Positions 32,384-43,500 are shown, counted from the first letter of the stretch. The stretch is DNA of 64,000 nt from an uncultured delta proteobacterium (GCA_963755125.1 CAVWIP010000010.1:352001-416000), one strand, 5' to 3'. Notes: generated from the letters alone by a model not told the origin. A program made the numbers and translations.

Positions 32384-34792
32384 ATGGCGACGAGAACGCT
32401 TCTTTGCGTAGAGCCGGATCAGGCCGCCCTGCAAGTCCTTTCTGCGACGCTGGCGCCCTACGGTTTCGAAATCACGAACATCACCAACGGCGACGAGGCG
32501 GTGGAATGGAGCCGGAAGAACCTTCCTGCCCTCATCATCGTCTCGGTCGAGCCCAAGAAGGTGGGCTATGCCATCTGCAACAAGCTCAAGCGCAGCGCGG
32601 AGCTGAAAAACATTCCACTCATCCTGACCTCATCGGACGAGGTGCCGGCCAAGTTTGAGCAGCACAAGACCTTCAAGCTGCGGGCCGACGAGTACATCTT
32701 CAAGCCCTTCGACGCCGACGAGCTTTGCCGCAAGGTGGACACGTTGCTGGGCTTGGGCGTGCCGGCTGCTTCCACGAGTGAGGAGATGTTGCTGAGTTCC
32801 GACCTGCTGTCGTCGGAGATTGCCATCGAGGCGGACGACATCGTCGACGAGTCGCACATTCCCACTCCGCCGCCAGCCGCGTCGCCCGCGGGTGGAGCGG
32901 TGGTGGAGATGGAGGCAGAGGCCAGTGACTCGTCCGCCCTTGGGTCCGGCCTGGACGCGATCTTCGACAAGGAAGCCCAGGCGGCTTTTGACGCCCTCGA
33001 GATTCACGAGCAGCCCACCGTGAGCCGGCCGAGTCCTGAGCAAAGCGACGAGAAGGCTGAACCCTGGGACGAACAGGCGGCCACGTCGGTGGTGCCGTCG
33101 GATCTGGTATCCGATCTGCTGGCGCCGGCCAGCGAGTCCGATCCGTCTAGCGGCGCGGGCACTGTGCGCATGATGCCGGGGATGGCGCCGCCTCTCGAAC
33201 CGCCGGAGGACGTACCACAAGCCTCTTCACCTGAGCCGCAGGTCGATATCCCGCCCGGCGTGCTGCGCGAGTCAGACGCCGAGGCCGGTCCTCCGCCCGA
33301 GCCGGACGCGGTGAACGCCACCTCGGTCGAGACCCTTGCCTTGGGTGACGCCCCCGAGGGGCTGCTGGCCGACCTGCAGGAACGCATCCACAATCTGGAG
33401 AACGACAAGCGCCGCCTGCAGAGCGAACTGGAAGAGCTGAATGGACGCCTGCAGGCACAACCTTTCCACAAGGAGAGGGATCTGCTCGGTCTGCGCGAGA
33501 CCATCAATCGTAAGGAGAAGGATCTGCTCGATCTTCGCGACGCGCTCGACGCAAGAGAGCGGCAGATGCTCGACCACAAGGACCGCATTCGCGAGCACGA
33601 ACGCGCGCGCCGCGACCTCGAGGAGAAGATGCTCGCTATGGAAAAGAGCCTGGTCTACGCCAGCGAGCGCGTGACCGCTCTGAGCCAGGACAAGGATCGA
33701 GCCGTCGAGCGTGAACGTGCGCTCAAGGTGCGTCTCGACGACAGCCACCTCGAGCTGACCAAGGCGCAGGACGAGCTCGATTCTCTGCGCAAGCGTCTCG
33801 CGACCGCCGAGGATCGGTCGCGTGCCGAGGTCGAGAAGATCCGGCAGGACCTGGAAACCCACGTCTCGGACATGGAGCAGGTTCACCGGGCCGAGATTGC
33901 GCAGATGACCAACGAGCGCCAGGCGGCGGAGGCGGCTCGCGAGGAACAGTTTCGCACCGAGAAGGCGCGCATGGAGATGGACCGTGCGGCGGAGTTGGAG
34001 GCGCAGCAGCGACGCGCGGCCGATGAGACGGCGGCCCTGGAGGACCGCCACGACGTCGAGTTGACGCGTGTGCGGCGCGAGCAAGAGAAGGCCGTCGCCT
34101 CGCTCAAGGAAGAGTCGGCGGCCCAGCTTGCGGCCGAGCGCCTGGCCCATGAAGCGGCGCTGGAGGCCAAGGAGCGCGACCACAAGAACGAGATCCAGGC
34201 CCTGCGCCGCAGGCTGGAAGATGAGCTGGCAGGCGCGGAAGCGCGGCGCCAGCGCGAATTGGAAGAAGCGGCCGCGCGCCAGGCGACCGAGTTGACCGCA
34301 GCCGACGAGCGCCGCCGGGGCGAGCTGCAGGCGCGCGATGAGGAGCACCACAACGCCGTCGCCGAGATGGATCGCCGGCATCTGGATGAGAAGACCGAGC
34401 TTTCCGAGCGCCACCGCGCGGAACTGGATCAGGCCGCGGCCCGGGCTGCGCGCGCCGAGGGTGAGTTGGCGGCGCGCGGGCAGGAGTTGGGTGAAGTCAG
34501 CCGGCGCGTGCTGCGCATGGAGGGCGAGCTTGACACCACACGCGCCGACTTGCGCGACCGCGAGGTCAAGCTGGCCCAGGCGCGCGATCGCGTCGCCGAG
34601 ATGGAAACCAAGCTGGCTGATTTCGAGGACCAGATCCTGCGCGCCTACCAGAAACTGCGTAACGACGACAAGATCGTGGACAAGGCGAAGCGGGCCCTGG
34701 CCGTGGCGCTCACCCTGCTTGACGATCGGGGCGCGGCCGCGCCTGCGGCAACATCCTCGTCGTCTCCCACGCGCTCCCCCGACGAGGGGTAG
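32384..34792 (+). CDS. AglZ/FrzS-like atypical receiver domain + long coiled-coil protein
   Basis: Receiver fold GYAICNKLK...ADEYIFKPF with no phospho-acceptor Asp, acidic linker, about 450-aa coiled coil ending RAYQKLRNDDKIVDKAKRALAVALTLL. Confidence 0.8.
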   Translation: MATRTLLCVEPDQAALQVLSATLAPYGFEITNITNGDEAVEWSRKNLPALIIVSVEPKKVGYAICNKLKRSAELKNIPLILTSSDEVPAKFEQHKTFKLRADEYIFKPFDADELCRKVDTLLGLGVPAASTSEEMLLSSDLLSSEIAIEADDIVDESHIPTPPPAASPAGGAVVEMEAEASDSSALGSGLDAIFDKEAQAAFDALEIHEQPTVSRPSPEQSDEKAEPWDEQAATSVVPSDLVSDLLAPASESDPSSGAGTVRMMPGMAPPLEPPEDVPQASSPEPQVDIPPGVLRESDAEAGPPPEPDAVNATSVETLALGDAPEGLLADLQERIHNLENDKRRLQSELEELNGRLQAQPFHKERDLLGLRETINRKEKDLLDLRDALDARERQMLDHKDRIREHERARRDLEEKMLAMEKSLVYASERVTALSQDKDRAVERERALKVRLDDSHLELTKAQDELDSLRKRLATAEDRSRAEVEKIRQDLETHVSDMEQVHRAEIAQMTNERQAAEAAREEQFRTEKARMEMDRAAELEAQQRRAADETAALEDRHDVELTRVRREQEKAVASLKEESAAQLAAERLAHEAALEAKERDHKNEIQALRRRLEDELAGAEARRQRELEEAAARQATELTAADERRRGELQARDEEHHNAVAEMDRRHLDEKTELSERHRAELDQAAARAARAEGELAARGQELGEVSRRVLRMEGELDTTRADLRDREVKLAQARDRVAEMETKLADFEDQILRAYQKLRNDDKIVDKAKRALAVALTLLDDRGAAAPAATSSSSPTRSPDEG

Positions 34793-34841
34793 CGCGATCT
34801 TGTGGCAGTAGCGTCGTTGGACGGGTTCAGGCGGTAGGCGC

Positions 34842-36506
34842 ATGCGCGAGGTGACCGGCAACCTCAGCGGCCTGAAGCCCAGCGAGCTGAAGGCCCTGGA
34901 GCGCGTGTACCGACGCCGCGTGCCGCCGCACGAACTGGTGTCCGCCGAATTGGCCACGTTCATGTGCGGGCTGTCGCGCGAGATGGCGCGGCAGGTGGGC
35001 GTGCTCATCTCGCGCCGGGGCGACATCGAACACGTGGTGGTGGGCGATGCCTCGCGCATCATGCTGCCCGCGGTGGGACGCGTGCGCGCCGGTCACGGAC
35101 GCTTCCGCGGCCTGCGCCTGGTGCACACCCATCTGCGCAACGAGGCCATCTCGCGCGACGATCTCGTCGACCTGGCCCTGCTGCGTCTGGACCTGGTGGC
35201 AGCGGTGGGTGTGACCCAGGACGGAAGGCCGGGCGATCTGCACATGGCGCACCTGATGCCTCCGCGCGAAGAGCGGTCACCGTGGACCGTGCTGGCGCCG
35301 GTGCCCTTTCACCGCGCGTCAGTCGATGTCGAGCAACTGGTGGGCGCGCTGGAGGAGGAATTCGACCGCGCCTTGCCCGCGACGCGCGCGACCCTGGGCG
35401 CGGAGCGTGCCGTGCTGGTCGTGATGGAGTCGCGCCAGACACGCGCTTCGGGCAGCACGGAGAGCCGAGTGCATGAGTTGCGCGAGCTGTGTCGGACCGC
35501 GGGGATCGCGGTCACCGACGTGGCGGTTCAGCGCCGACCCGAGCCTGACCCCAAGTACCTCATCGGTCGCGGCAAGCTGGAGGATGTTCTGGTGCGGGCC
35601 ATGCAGTACGACGCCGGCCTGCTCATCTTCGACCCCGATCTGACGCCGGGACAGGCCCACGCCATCTCCGATTTCACCGATCTCAAGGTCATCGACCGCA
35701 CCATCCTCATCCTAGACATTTTCGCCCAGCGGGCGCGTAGCCGCGACGCCAAGCTGCAGGTCGAACTGGCCCAGTTGCGCTACCGGCTGCCGCGCCTGCA
35801 GGAAGAGAACACCATGATGAGCCGCCTGGTGGGCGGCATTGGCGGCCGCGGCCCGGGCGAAACCAAGCTGGAGATTGGCCGCCGCCGCGCGCGCGAGCGC
35901 GTGCACCGGCTGGAGCACGACATCGACCAGACCCGCCGCCAGCGCGCCGGCCGCCGCGCCGAGCGTACCCGACGCGAAGTCCCCATCGTGGGCATCGTGG
36001 GCTACACCAACGCGGGCAAGTCCACCTTGCTCAATACCCTGACCGGCAGCGAGGTGCTGGTCGAAGACAAGCTCTTTGCCACGCTCGATCCCACCACGCG
36101 GCGGCTGCGTTTTCCGCGCGAGCGCGAGCTGATCCTGGCCGACACCGTGGGTTTCATCCGCGACTTGCCCAAGGACTTGGCGCAGGCCTTTCGCGCCACC
36201 CTGGAAGAACTGCAGGACGCGGACTTGCTCCTACACGTCGTCGACAGCGCGGATACAGACCGTGAGGCGCACATCGCGGCCGTGGAGCGCATCCTCAATG
36301 ACCTCGACCTGGCCAGCACGCCCCGTTTGCTCGTCTACAACAAGATCGATCGCTTGACTCCCGACGAGCGCGCTGGCCTCGCCGCTACCCCGCAGGCCAT
36401 CGCGCTCAGCGCGCGCGACGCCCAGACCACCAGACCCTTGCTGGCCGCCATGGAGGAGGCGCTTTGGCGCGAGGGCCGGATGCAGCGCGGGACACTGCGG
36501 GAGTAG
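34842..36506 (+). CDS. hflX: GTPase HflX (long N-terminal form)
   Basis: [41 protein letters not shown] and NKID motifs. Confidence 0.96.
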   Translation: MREVTGNLSGLKPSELKALERVYRRRVPPHELVSAELATFMCGLSREMARQVGVLISRRGDIEHVVVGDASRIMLPAVGRVRAGHGRFRGLRLVHTHLRNEAISRDDLVDLALLRLDLVAAVGVTQDGRPGDLHMAHLMPPREERSPWTVLAPVPFHRASVDVEQLVGALEEEFDRALPATRATLGAERAVLVVMESRQTRASGSTESRVHELRELCRTAGIAVTDVAVQRRPEPDPKYLIGRGKLEDVLVRAMQYDAGLLIFDPDLTPGQAHAISDFTDLKVIDRTILILDIFAQRARSRDAKLQVELAQLRYRLPRLQEENTMMSRLVGGIGGRGPGETKLEIGRRRARERVHRLEHDIDQTRRQRAGRRAERTRREVPIVGIVGYTNAGKSTLLNTLTGSEVLVEDKLFATLDPTTRRLRFPRERELILADTVGFIRDLPKDLAQAFRATLEELQDADLLLHVVDSADTDREAHIAAVERILNDLDLASTPRLLVYNKIDRLTPDERAGLAATPQAIALSARDAQTTRPLLAAMEEALWREGRMQRGTLRE

Positions 36507-36619
36507 GCAGCATCGCGATCAGTGTGCATAGCAATTCCTGATCCCCAGCGGCGCTCATTCGACATAGCAATCCGAGCTGCACAGCCCGAGCGGGCGCCTC
36601 CTGGGAGCAAATACGCCAG

Positions 36620-36643
36620 AAATGTCAGAGTCGTCTCACATTT
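36620..36643. promoter_or_regulatory. Palindromic TGT-N12-ACA candidate activator site
   Basis: AAATGTCAGA-GTCG-TCTCACATTT (one mismatch). Confidence 0.5.
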
Positions 36644-36701
36644 CCGAGAGTCGGAAGGGCTCGAAGCGCGGCAGGCGCTGAGTCCTGGGCGCAGGTTGGG
36701 G

Positions 36702-36717
36702 TGGCATACGCCTTGCT
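36702..36717 (+). promoter_or_regulatory. Sigma-54 -24/-12 promoter
   Basis: TGGCAT-ACGCC-TTGCT, upstream of AAGGAGG and ATG 36756. Confidence 0.7.
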
Positions 36718-36755
36718 TGGTCGCTCCATTCTGGCCAATGGCAAAGGAGGATTCG

Positions 36756-37151
36756 ATGTTCCACAACTCAATGGCTTTCGTGATAGTCCTCATTGGCTGC
36801 GCGGCTGGGCTTGCGTGCAGTGGACAATCGGATCTTCGCAGGGAGGGCGGGAACCGGCCTTCCGCCGAGGCGAGTGCCGAAGTCGAGGGTGAGGATGCCG
36901 GAACATTCACGTGTATGGGTTCGAACAGGATGTGCACTATGACGGAGGTATGCTGGATAGCGGGCGGTTGCTGCGAACACCTTCCTGTCAACGACGCTGG
37001 CGAATGCGACGATGGCCAGCCAGTGGGAGGTGGCTGTGTAGGGCGGTGCGTGCTGCCTATTTCGAGTTGTGTCGCGTCCGACGCTGCGCCCGCTGGCTGC
37101 GAGAACATGGCGGGGATGACTTGTCAGACCTGTCCGTTTCCCTTGCCGTAG
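36756..37151 (+). CDS. Small Cys-rich secreted protein or lipoprotein
   Basis: GLAC lipobox-like motif; 12 Cys in the last ~80 aa. Confidence 0.72.
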   Translation: MFHNSMAFVIVLIGCAAGLACSGQSDLRREGGNRPSAEASAEVEGEDAGTFTCMGSNRMCTMTEVCWIAGGCCEHLPVNDAGECDDGQPVGGGCVGRCVLPISSCVASDAAPAGCENMAGMTCQTCPFPLP

Positions 37152-37316
37152 AAGCCAGCGCTTGATCCACGCGCACAAATCACAAAACCGGGATCGAGTG
37201 CCTAGCCGAATCTCTGCACGACGGTCAGGCTTCCGGTCTGCAGCCGACCGCGAAGCTTACGTTTCCGTGCGCGGCGGCGCAGGTCGGAGCAGCCTCGTGC
37301 CTGGAGTGCGAAAGAG

Positions 37317-40300
37317 TTAGGATTTCAACAGGGATAGCTGGCGCGCCTTGCGGCGGCGCGGGGCCGAGCGAGAGGTGACGAGCAAATCGGCTGGCAGGTC
37401 GTCGAGAAACGGACAGGGGCGATTCTCGACCGTACGTCCGGCCAGGGTGCGGCGATGCGCGGCAGTCAGTATCAGACGCTGCTGCGCGCGGGTCATGCCG
37501 ACGTAAAGTAAACGGCGTTCCTCCTCCAGGTCGGCAGGCGGCAGCCAAGGCAGGCGCAGGGGAAGAAGGCCTTCTTCGCACCCGGCAATGAATACCAGCG
37601 GAAATTCCAGGCCCTTGCTCGCGTGCAGGGTCAGAAGCGCAACTTTCTGCGGGAGATGCTGCAGGTCAGTCTCGCGCGCCAGCACCATTTCTGACAAGAA
37701 GGCGGCCGCATCGGCGCCAAAGGGCACGGCGAAAGCCTGCAGCAGTTCGAGCGCACGCAGGCGGCGCGGGTCGGCTGCGGCGTCGGGGACCAGCGTGGCG
37801 AGCAAGTCTGCGACAGGGGCAGAATTCACATCTGCGGCCTTCTGATCAACATGGCGGCGCAGCTTGGCCAAGATATCCGCCACGTGCGGGCGCGCGGCAA
37901 AGGCGTCGTCGCCCCGGCGGTGGCAGGGAATCCCGCTCCGGTCGAGCGCCTCCTCGATGGCGTCGGCCTGGGCCGAAAGCCGCACCAACACCGCGATCTG
38001 ATGGAAGGCCAGGCCTTGCCCGTCGGCGGCGCGGCCCGCGTCCATGGAAAGAAAGCTGGTGCCCGCAACCTGCGCCTCAATTTCGGCGGCGATGAACTCC
38101 GCCTCGGCGTGCTCGTCGGCAAGAACCTGGCGAATGACTCGGTTTCCGCGCGCTGCCAGCGGCTGCAGCGGGCGCGAGGCGCGCCCCGGCGTGCGTTCGA
38201 TCACGGCGGTGGCAAGGCGCACGACCGGCGCGAGAGAACGGTAGTTGCGCGCGAGCGTGAACGTGCGAGCCCCGGGATAGTCGCTGGTGAAGTGGCCGAA
38301 ATACGCCGGGGCGGAGCCGCGAAAGCCGTAGATCGCCTGATCCGGATCGCCGACCGCGCACAGATTCGTCGACGGGCCTGCGGGCGCCAGCAGACGCACC
38401 AATCGGTATTGGGCCGCATTGATGTCCTGATACTCGTCTACCAGCAGGTGACGGCAGCGACGACGTGCGAAAGCGAGAGCAACTTGATCCGTCTCCAGCA
38501 CTCGGACCGCGCGAGCCACCAGATCGTCGAAGTCGACCGCTCCCGCGACGGCCAGCGCCTTTTCGTACGCGGCGTAGAACGCGGCCAACTCGGGCGCTGC
38601 GGCTTCTGGCGCGATCAGTGCGGCCTTGGCCGACGAGATGGCGCTCGCTGCCCGCGCCAGCGACGGTGCGCCCACGCCCGCCTCCGCGTGTACCTGCGCG
38701 AGCAGAGTTTGCCGGCCCGCCTCGTCGAGAATCGCGAAGTCGGGCGGCAAACCCGCCGCAGCGGCGTGCGCCCGCAGCAGATCGAGCCCCAGCGCGTGGA
38801 AGGTCTGCACCGAAGCGCCATCGGCGCGCGCGCCCAATAGCCTCGCGAGGCGCTCGCGCAACTCGCTAGCTGCCTTGCGCGTGAAGGTGATGGCCGTGAT
38901 CTCGCCTGGCGTGGCGGCGCGGTCACGCAGCAGGCGCGCGATGCGTTCCACCAAAGTGCGCGTCTTGCCGGTGCCTGGGCCCGCCACGATGAGCAGCGGC
39001 CCCTCGCCATGGGCAATGGCTGCTTCCTGTTCGAGATTGGGACCACCGGCAAAGTCCGTCGGAGTTTCTTCACTAGCCGGACGGCGCGCGGGCTCGGTCT
39101 TGGGCTTCTCGGCAGGCGCCACAGCCGTTCCACCAAAAGAGAAGGCTGTCTGCGCGAGCAGGCGAAGACGCTCTTCTTCATCGAACATGTGGACGACGCC
39201 GTACTCGCCGTCAAACCCAGCCTGTCGCCTGACCTCACCCGCGCGCATGCGGCGCAGGGCCTCGGCCAGCAGCGGCGGTCCCTCGCGGCCAACATCTTCC
39301 AAGGGCGCATCCCGGAGCACGGTCAGCTCGGGCCCGACTCGCGACACCAGTTGCTGCCAGGCGCTCGCCACGCGCTTGCTGCCCACTCTCACGCCCAGCA
39401 CTTCGCCCAAGACCTCAGCCAGTGGCACCAGGCTGGCAAACGGCTTGGCGCCCTCGGGCCGAAACCCTCCGGGGCGGTCGGCGAGCGCTGCCACCCGGCC
39501 CAGCACACCGCCGGTGAGAGGCTTTCCGCAGCGAGGGCAGGTCTTGCCGCAGGCCGCGGCCTCGTCGGGCGTCATCACCACCTCGCACTTGCGATGGCCA
39601 TCGGCGTGGTACTTGCCCTCTTCGGGAAAGAACTCGAGCGTGCCGAGAAAGCCGGCTCCACGATCGCGGAGCGCGTCGCGCATGGCAAAGTAGGTGAGAT
39701 CGCAGTTGAACAGGTTGGCCTCGCGACCCAGCTTCTCGGGCGAATGGGCGTCGGAGCTGGAGACCAGCGCGTAGCGATCCAGCGCGGAGAGGCGCCAGTT
39801 CATGGCCGGGTCCGACGAGAGACCGGTTTCGACTGCGAAGATGTGGTCGGCGAGATCGGCGAAGCACTCGGAAATCGAATCGAAGCCCGACTGCGAGCCC
39901 AGGGCCGAAAACCAGGGCGTCCAGATGTGTGCGGGAATGAGAAAGGCGTCCGCCGAGGAAGCGAGCGTGATTTCCAACAGGTCGCGCGAATCGACGCCGA
40001 GGATGGGGCGTCCATCGGATTCGATGTTGCCGATGCGGGCCAAGTGCGACGACAGGCGCGCCGCGGACTCGAAGTCCGGCGCATAGATGAGATTGTGCAC
40101 CTTGCGCACCCGATCGCCGCGGCTGTAGATGCTGCTCACCTCGACCGACAACATGAAACGCACCGGCGCGCGACAGGCCGCGGGAACGTCGGCGTCCACC
40201 GCCCGGGCCAATTCCGCGCGCAGGGCATAGAGACCACCGCCCGCGGGAACCAGCTTGTCGCGCAACTCGGCGAACCAGCGCGGATGGGTGAAGTCGCCGG

Positions 40301-40418
40301 TGGCGACCACGGCAATCCCTTTGCGCTGAGCCCAGCCATGGAGTTGCTCCAGGTTCAACTGCCTGCTGGTCGCCCGCGACAGATAGGAGTGGATATGCAG
40401 GTCAGCCACGAACCGCAC
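37317..40418 (-). CDS. PHP/EndoQ-like (TIGR00375-type) domain fused to a UvrD/PcrA SF1 helicase
   Basis: DLHIHS, AHIWTPWFS, SSDAHS and a Zn ribbon, then AGPGTGKT, VDEYQD, GDPDQAIYGFRG, HASKGLEF and EERRLLYVGMTRA. Confidence 0.93.
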   Translation of the reverse strand: MRFVADLHIHSYLSRATSRQLNLEQLHGWAQRKGIAVVATGDFTHPRWFAELRDKLVPAGGGLYALRAELARAVDADVPAACRAPVRFMLSVEVSSIYSRGDRVRKVHNLIYAPDFESAARLSSHLARIGNIESDGRPILGVDSRDLLEITLASSADAFLIPAHIWTPWFSALGSQSGFDSISECFADLADHIFAVETGLSSDPAMNWRLSALDRYALVSSSDAHSPEKLGREANLFNCDLTYFAMRDALRDRGAGFLGTLEFFPEEGKYHADGHRKCEVVMTPDEAAACGKTCPRCGKPLTGGVLGRVAALADRPGGFRPEGAKPFASLVPLAEVLGEVLGVRVGSKRVASAWQQLVSRVGPELTVLRDAPLEDVGREGPPLLAEALRRMRAGEVRRQAGFDGEYGVVHMFDEEERLRLLAQTAFSFGGTAVAPAEKPKTEPARRPASEETPTDFAGGPNLEQEAAIAHGEGPLLIVAGPGTGKTRTLVERIARLLRDRAATPGEITAITFTRKAASELRERLARLLGARADGASVQTFHALGLDLLRAHAAAAGLPPDFAILDEAGRQTLLAQVHAEAGVGAPSLARAASAISSAKAALIAPEAAAPELAAFYAAYEKALAVAGAVDFDDLVARAVRVLETDQVALAFARRRCRHLLVDEYQDINAAQYRLVRLLAPAGPSTNLCAVGDPDQAIYGFRGSAPAYFGHFTSDYPGARTFTLARNYRSLAPVVRLATAVIERTPGRASRPLQPLAARGNRVIRQVLADEHAEAEFIAAEIEAQVAGTSFLSMDAGRAADGQGLAFHQIAVLVRLSAQADAIEEALDRSGIPCHRRGDDAFAARPHVADILAKLRRHVDQKAADVNSAPVADLLATLVPDAAADPRRLRALELLQAFAVPFGADAAAFLSEMVLARETDLQHLPQKVALLTLHASKGLEFPLVFIAGCEEGLLPLRLPWLPPADLEEERRLLYVGMTRAQQRLILTAAHRRTLAGRTVENRPCPFLDDLPADLLVTSRSAPRRRKARQLSLLKS

Positions 40419-40531
40419 GGCGGACCGAGTGTACCAAGCCGACGCCGGCTGGCCACCCCCCTGCCCGCACGCCCCCATACACCATCAAGGTTTCATGGGA
40501 GGTGCTACAATGGCCATCCGGGGGATTTTGC

Positions 40532-43500
40532 TTGTCCGCGCTCAAAGTCATCTGTCCAAAATGTGCAAGAGCTCAGGAAGTCGCCGACGAGATTCCGGCC
40601 GGCGGCACTGACCACGTCTGCGTCTACTGCCGCACGGTTTTCAAGGTCAGACCACCCACAAGTCGGCTGACTGACGACCTGCCGGCGGCGCGCGAAGCCG
40701 TCCCGCGTCCAGGCGATTTGCCGGTTTCGCGCGACGCAATCCCGCGTCCGGGTGATTTGCCGGTTTCACGCGACGCAATCCCGCGCCCGGGCGATTTGCC
40801 GGTTTCGCGCGACGCAATCCCGCGCCCGGGCGATTTGCCGGTTTCGCGCGACGCAATCCCGCGCCCCGACGATCTCCTGCAGTCAAAGGGCAAGGCACGG
40901 CCGGGGTTGCTGCTCGGCCCGGAAAGGTCTTCCAGCAAGACACCTCCGCTGGGGTTGGCGCTTGAAGTGTCGTTGGCACCGCACTCCCCGGCGGCCGGCG
41001 GCGGACCTCCCCTGGCCCTTGACCTGGATTCCTCACCTTCGCCTGAGTCCCGACTGGGTCCCGCTCCATCTGGGCTAGCGTTGGACCTGGGTGGGCCTGC
41101 TGACGTGGCGCCCACTCCCAGGCAGGCAGCAGCAGGACCGCCCAAGCCGCCTCCTGCGGCCATGGCAGCGAAGGGGCCTGGCGCCGCCGCACCCATCACG
41201 GGCCGCGGCGGAACTGCTCCGCCGCCAATTCCCGCGTCAGCTCGGGTGGCGCCGGAAGTGGCTCCGGTGCCCACGTTGGCGCCGCTCACGCCGACCGGCG
41301 CGTCCGCGCCCAAGTTGGCGCCGCTCGCGCCGACCGGGGCGTCCCCACCCGAATCCGCGGCGCCGGGAAGCAAGCGAGCGTCAGGCAACGTGGATCTGGG
41401 ATTCAGCCTGGAGCTGGAGGGGGATTCTGGTTCCCAAGCGGGAGGCGCGGCCCTGCCCTTCCCGGGCGCGCGCGTCGCCAGCGAAGGCCTGGCCGAGGCG
41501 GCGGCCGCGGACCATTTGCCAGCCTTGCAGCCGGTCGCGGGGCGAGGGCCTTTGCGCGGCGGCGCCCTGCGGCCTGTGGCCAAGAAGGCTCGGATTCCCA
41601 AGTGGGCGATCGCGGCTGGCGTCGGGGTCGTGGTGGCGGGCGTCGCGGCCGTCATTTTCCTGTTGCCGGGGCGCCGGGCGCCCAAGGTCGAGGAGGTCAT
41701 CGGCCCGATGGCGGCGGGCTTGCTCGACGACAATCCAGCGGCCTACCAATCGGCCGAGAATCAGCTCGCGCAAGTCATCACGCCCCTACAGGACGAGGGC
41801 GATGCCCTGCGGAGCAAGGCTGCGGAGATCACGCTTCTCGACGTCCTGGTCCACAGCGAGGACCCCTCCAAGACAGCTCGCGCCGAGCAGCTTCTGCAAG
41901 CGATCAAGCCTTCGCAGAAACCGGTGGCCGGTCTTCTGCGGGCCAAGGCGCTCTTGGCCGTTGCCAAGGGCAAGCCCAAGGAAGCCGAGCCTGCCCTAGG
42001 AAATGAAGGCGGGCTGGCCGAGAACCAACTCGTCGTGGCCCTGGCTCGGATGGCGGATGGCAAGGCCTCCGCCGCACTGGATCCGCTGCATCGGTACGCA
42101 GCCGCCCGTCCCAAGGAACTGGTCGCGCAGTACGTGCTGGCGCGGGCGTCGGATGAAGCCGGCAAGCCCGAAGCGCGTTCGGAGTATGAAAAGGTTCTGA
42201 GCAAGAACCCGGAGCACTTCGGCGCTGCCCTGGGACTGGCGCGGACGGCGGCTACACCGGAACAACGCCTGGCCGCTGCGCAGGCTCTTGTCGATAGAAA
42301 GCAACCAGCCGCTTCGCCTAATGAGCTGGCGCAAGCCAACTTCCTGTGCGGCCAGGCCGCATTGGAATTGGGGCGCAGCCACGACGCGGAAGTGACCCTG
42401 CGCAAAGCGATCTCGCTGGACACACGCCTGACCTCAGCCCACTTGGCGCTGGGCGAGTCGTTGCTCTACGAGGGGCGCTACGACGAGGCGTTGACCACGC
42501 TCCAGGCTCCGGGAGCCGCGGTGGAGGCAAGCACGGCGGGCAAGTTCGCCCTGGGCGGCGCCTATCTGGCCACGGGGAAGCTGGAACAGAGCAGCAAGCT
42601 CCTCACCGTGGCCACCAAGGCCGCGCCCACCGACCCACGGGGAGCCTTCTGGGACGGATTCGCCGCTTCCACAAGGCAGCCCCCGGATTTGGTGGGCGCC
42701 GGCCAGGGCTATCGCGAGGCGCTCAAGCGCGATCCCAAGTTCTTGCCCGCGTCGCTGAAGCTGGCCGCACTTCTGCAGCAGCAGAACAAGGCGCAGGATT
42801 CGCTGAGCGTCCTGCGTGCAGCGGAAGAGGCCGGTGCTCCCCCTGCCATCCTACAGCTAGCCTGGGGTGACGCCCTGATTGTGGCGAAGGAGCCGGTGAA
42901 GGCCGAGGAGGTTTTCCGCAAGGCGCTGCAAGCGGATCCCAAGTCTGTCCAGGCGCGGCTGGGCGTGGCGGCCGCCCTGCAGGCAGAGGACAAGCTCACC
43001 GAGGCGAAAGCCTATCTTGAAGAGACGCTCAAGGAGATGCCGACTACGCTCGGGCTGCGCGAGCGGCTGGCTGCGGTTTGTCTTGCCCTGGGCCAGAAGG
43101 ACGAGGCGATGCTTCGCTATCAAGACGAACTGAAGGCCGGCCGGGTGACGCCAACCCTACGTTTGGCCCTGGCGCGGCTGGCGCTCGACCTGGGCAAGTT
43201 GGAGCTGGCCCAGAGCGAGGCGAAGAAAGTCGCAGACGAGAATCCGCGCAACGCCGAGGCTGCCTACCTGCTGGCTCGCGTCCACGAGACACGTGGCGAG
43301 TTGGGGGCGGCGCTCGCCGAGTATCGGCGGGCGCTCATGTGGGAAAAGCTTCCCCCCTATAACTACGGCTATGCCAGGGTCCTCTTGAAGGTGGGCAAGG
43401 AGCAAGAGGCCTATGCCGCGCTCGACGCTGCCAGTAGCCTGCCCGAAGCCCGAATGGAGCGTGGGCGCGAGTATTTTCGGCACGGCGAACTGGACAAAGC

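Noticed and set aside
34842..35400. N-terminal extension of HflX as a novel fusion
   Set aside because: Long-form HflX is known from several phyla
40712..40867. 39-bp repeats as a CRISPR array
   Set aside because: The units are contiguous with no spacers, lie in frame within a CDS, and no cas genes are present
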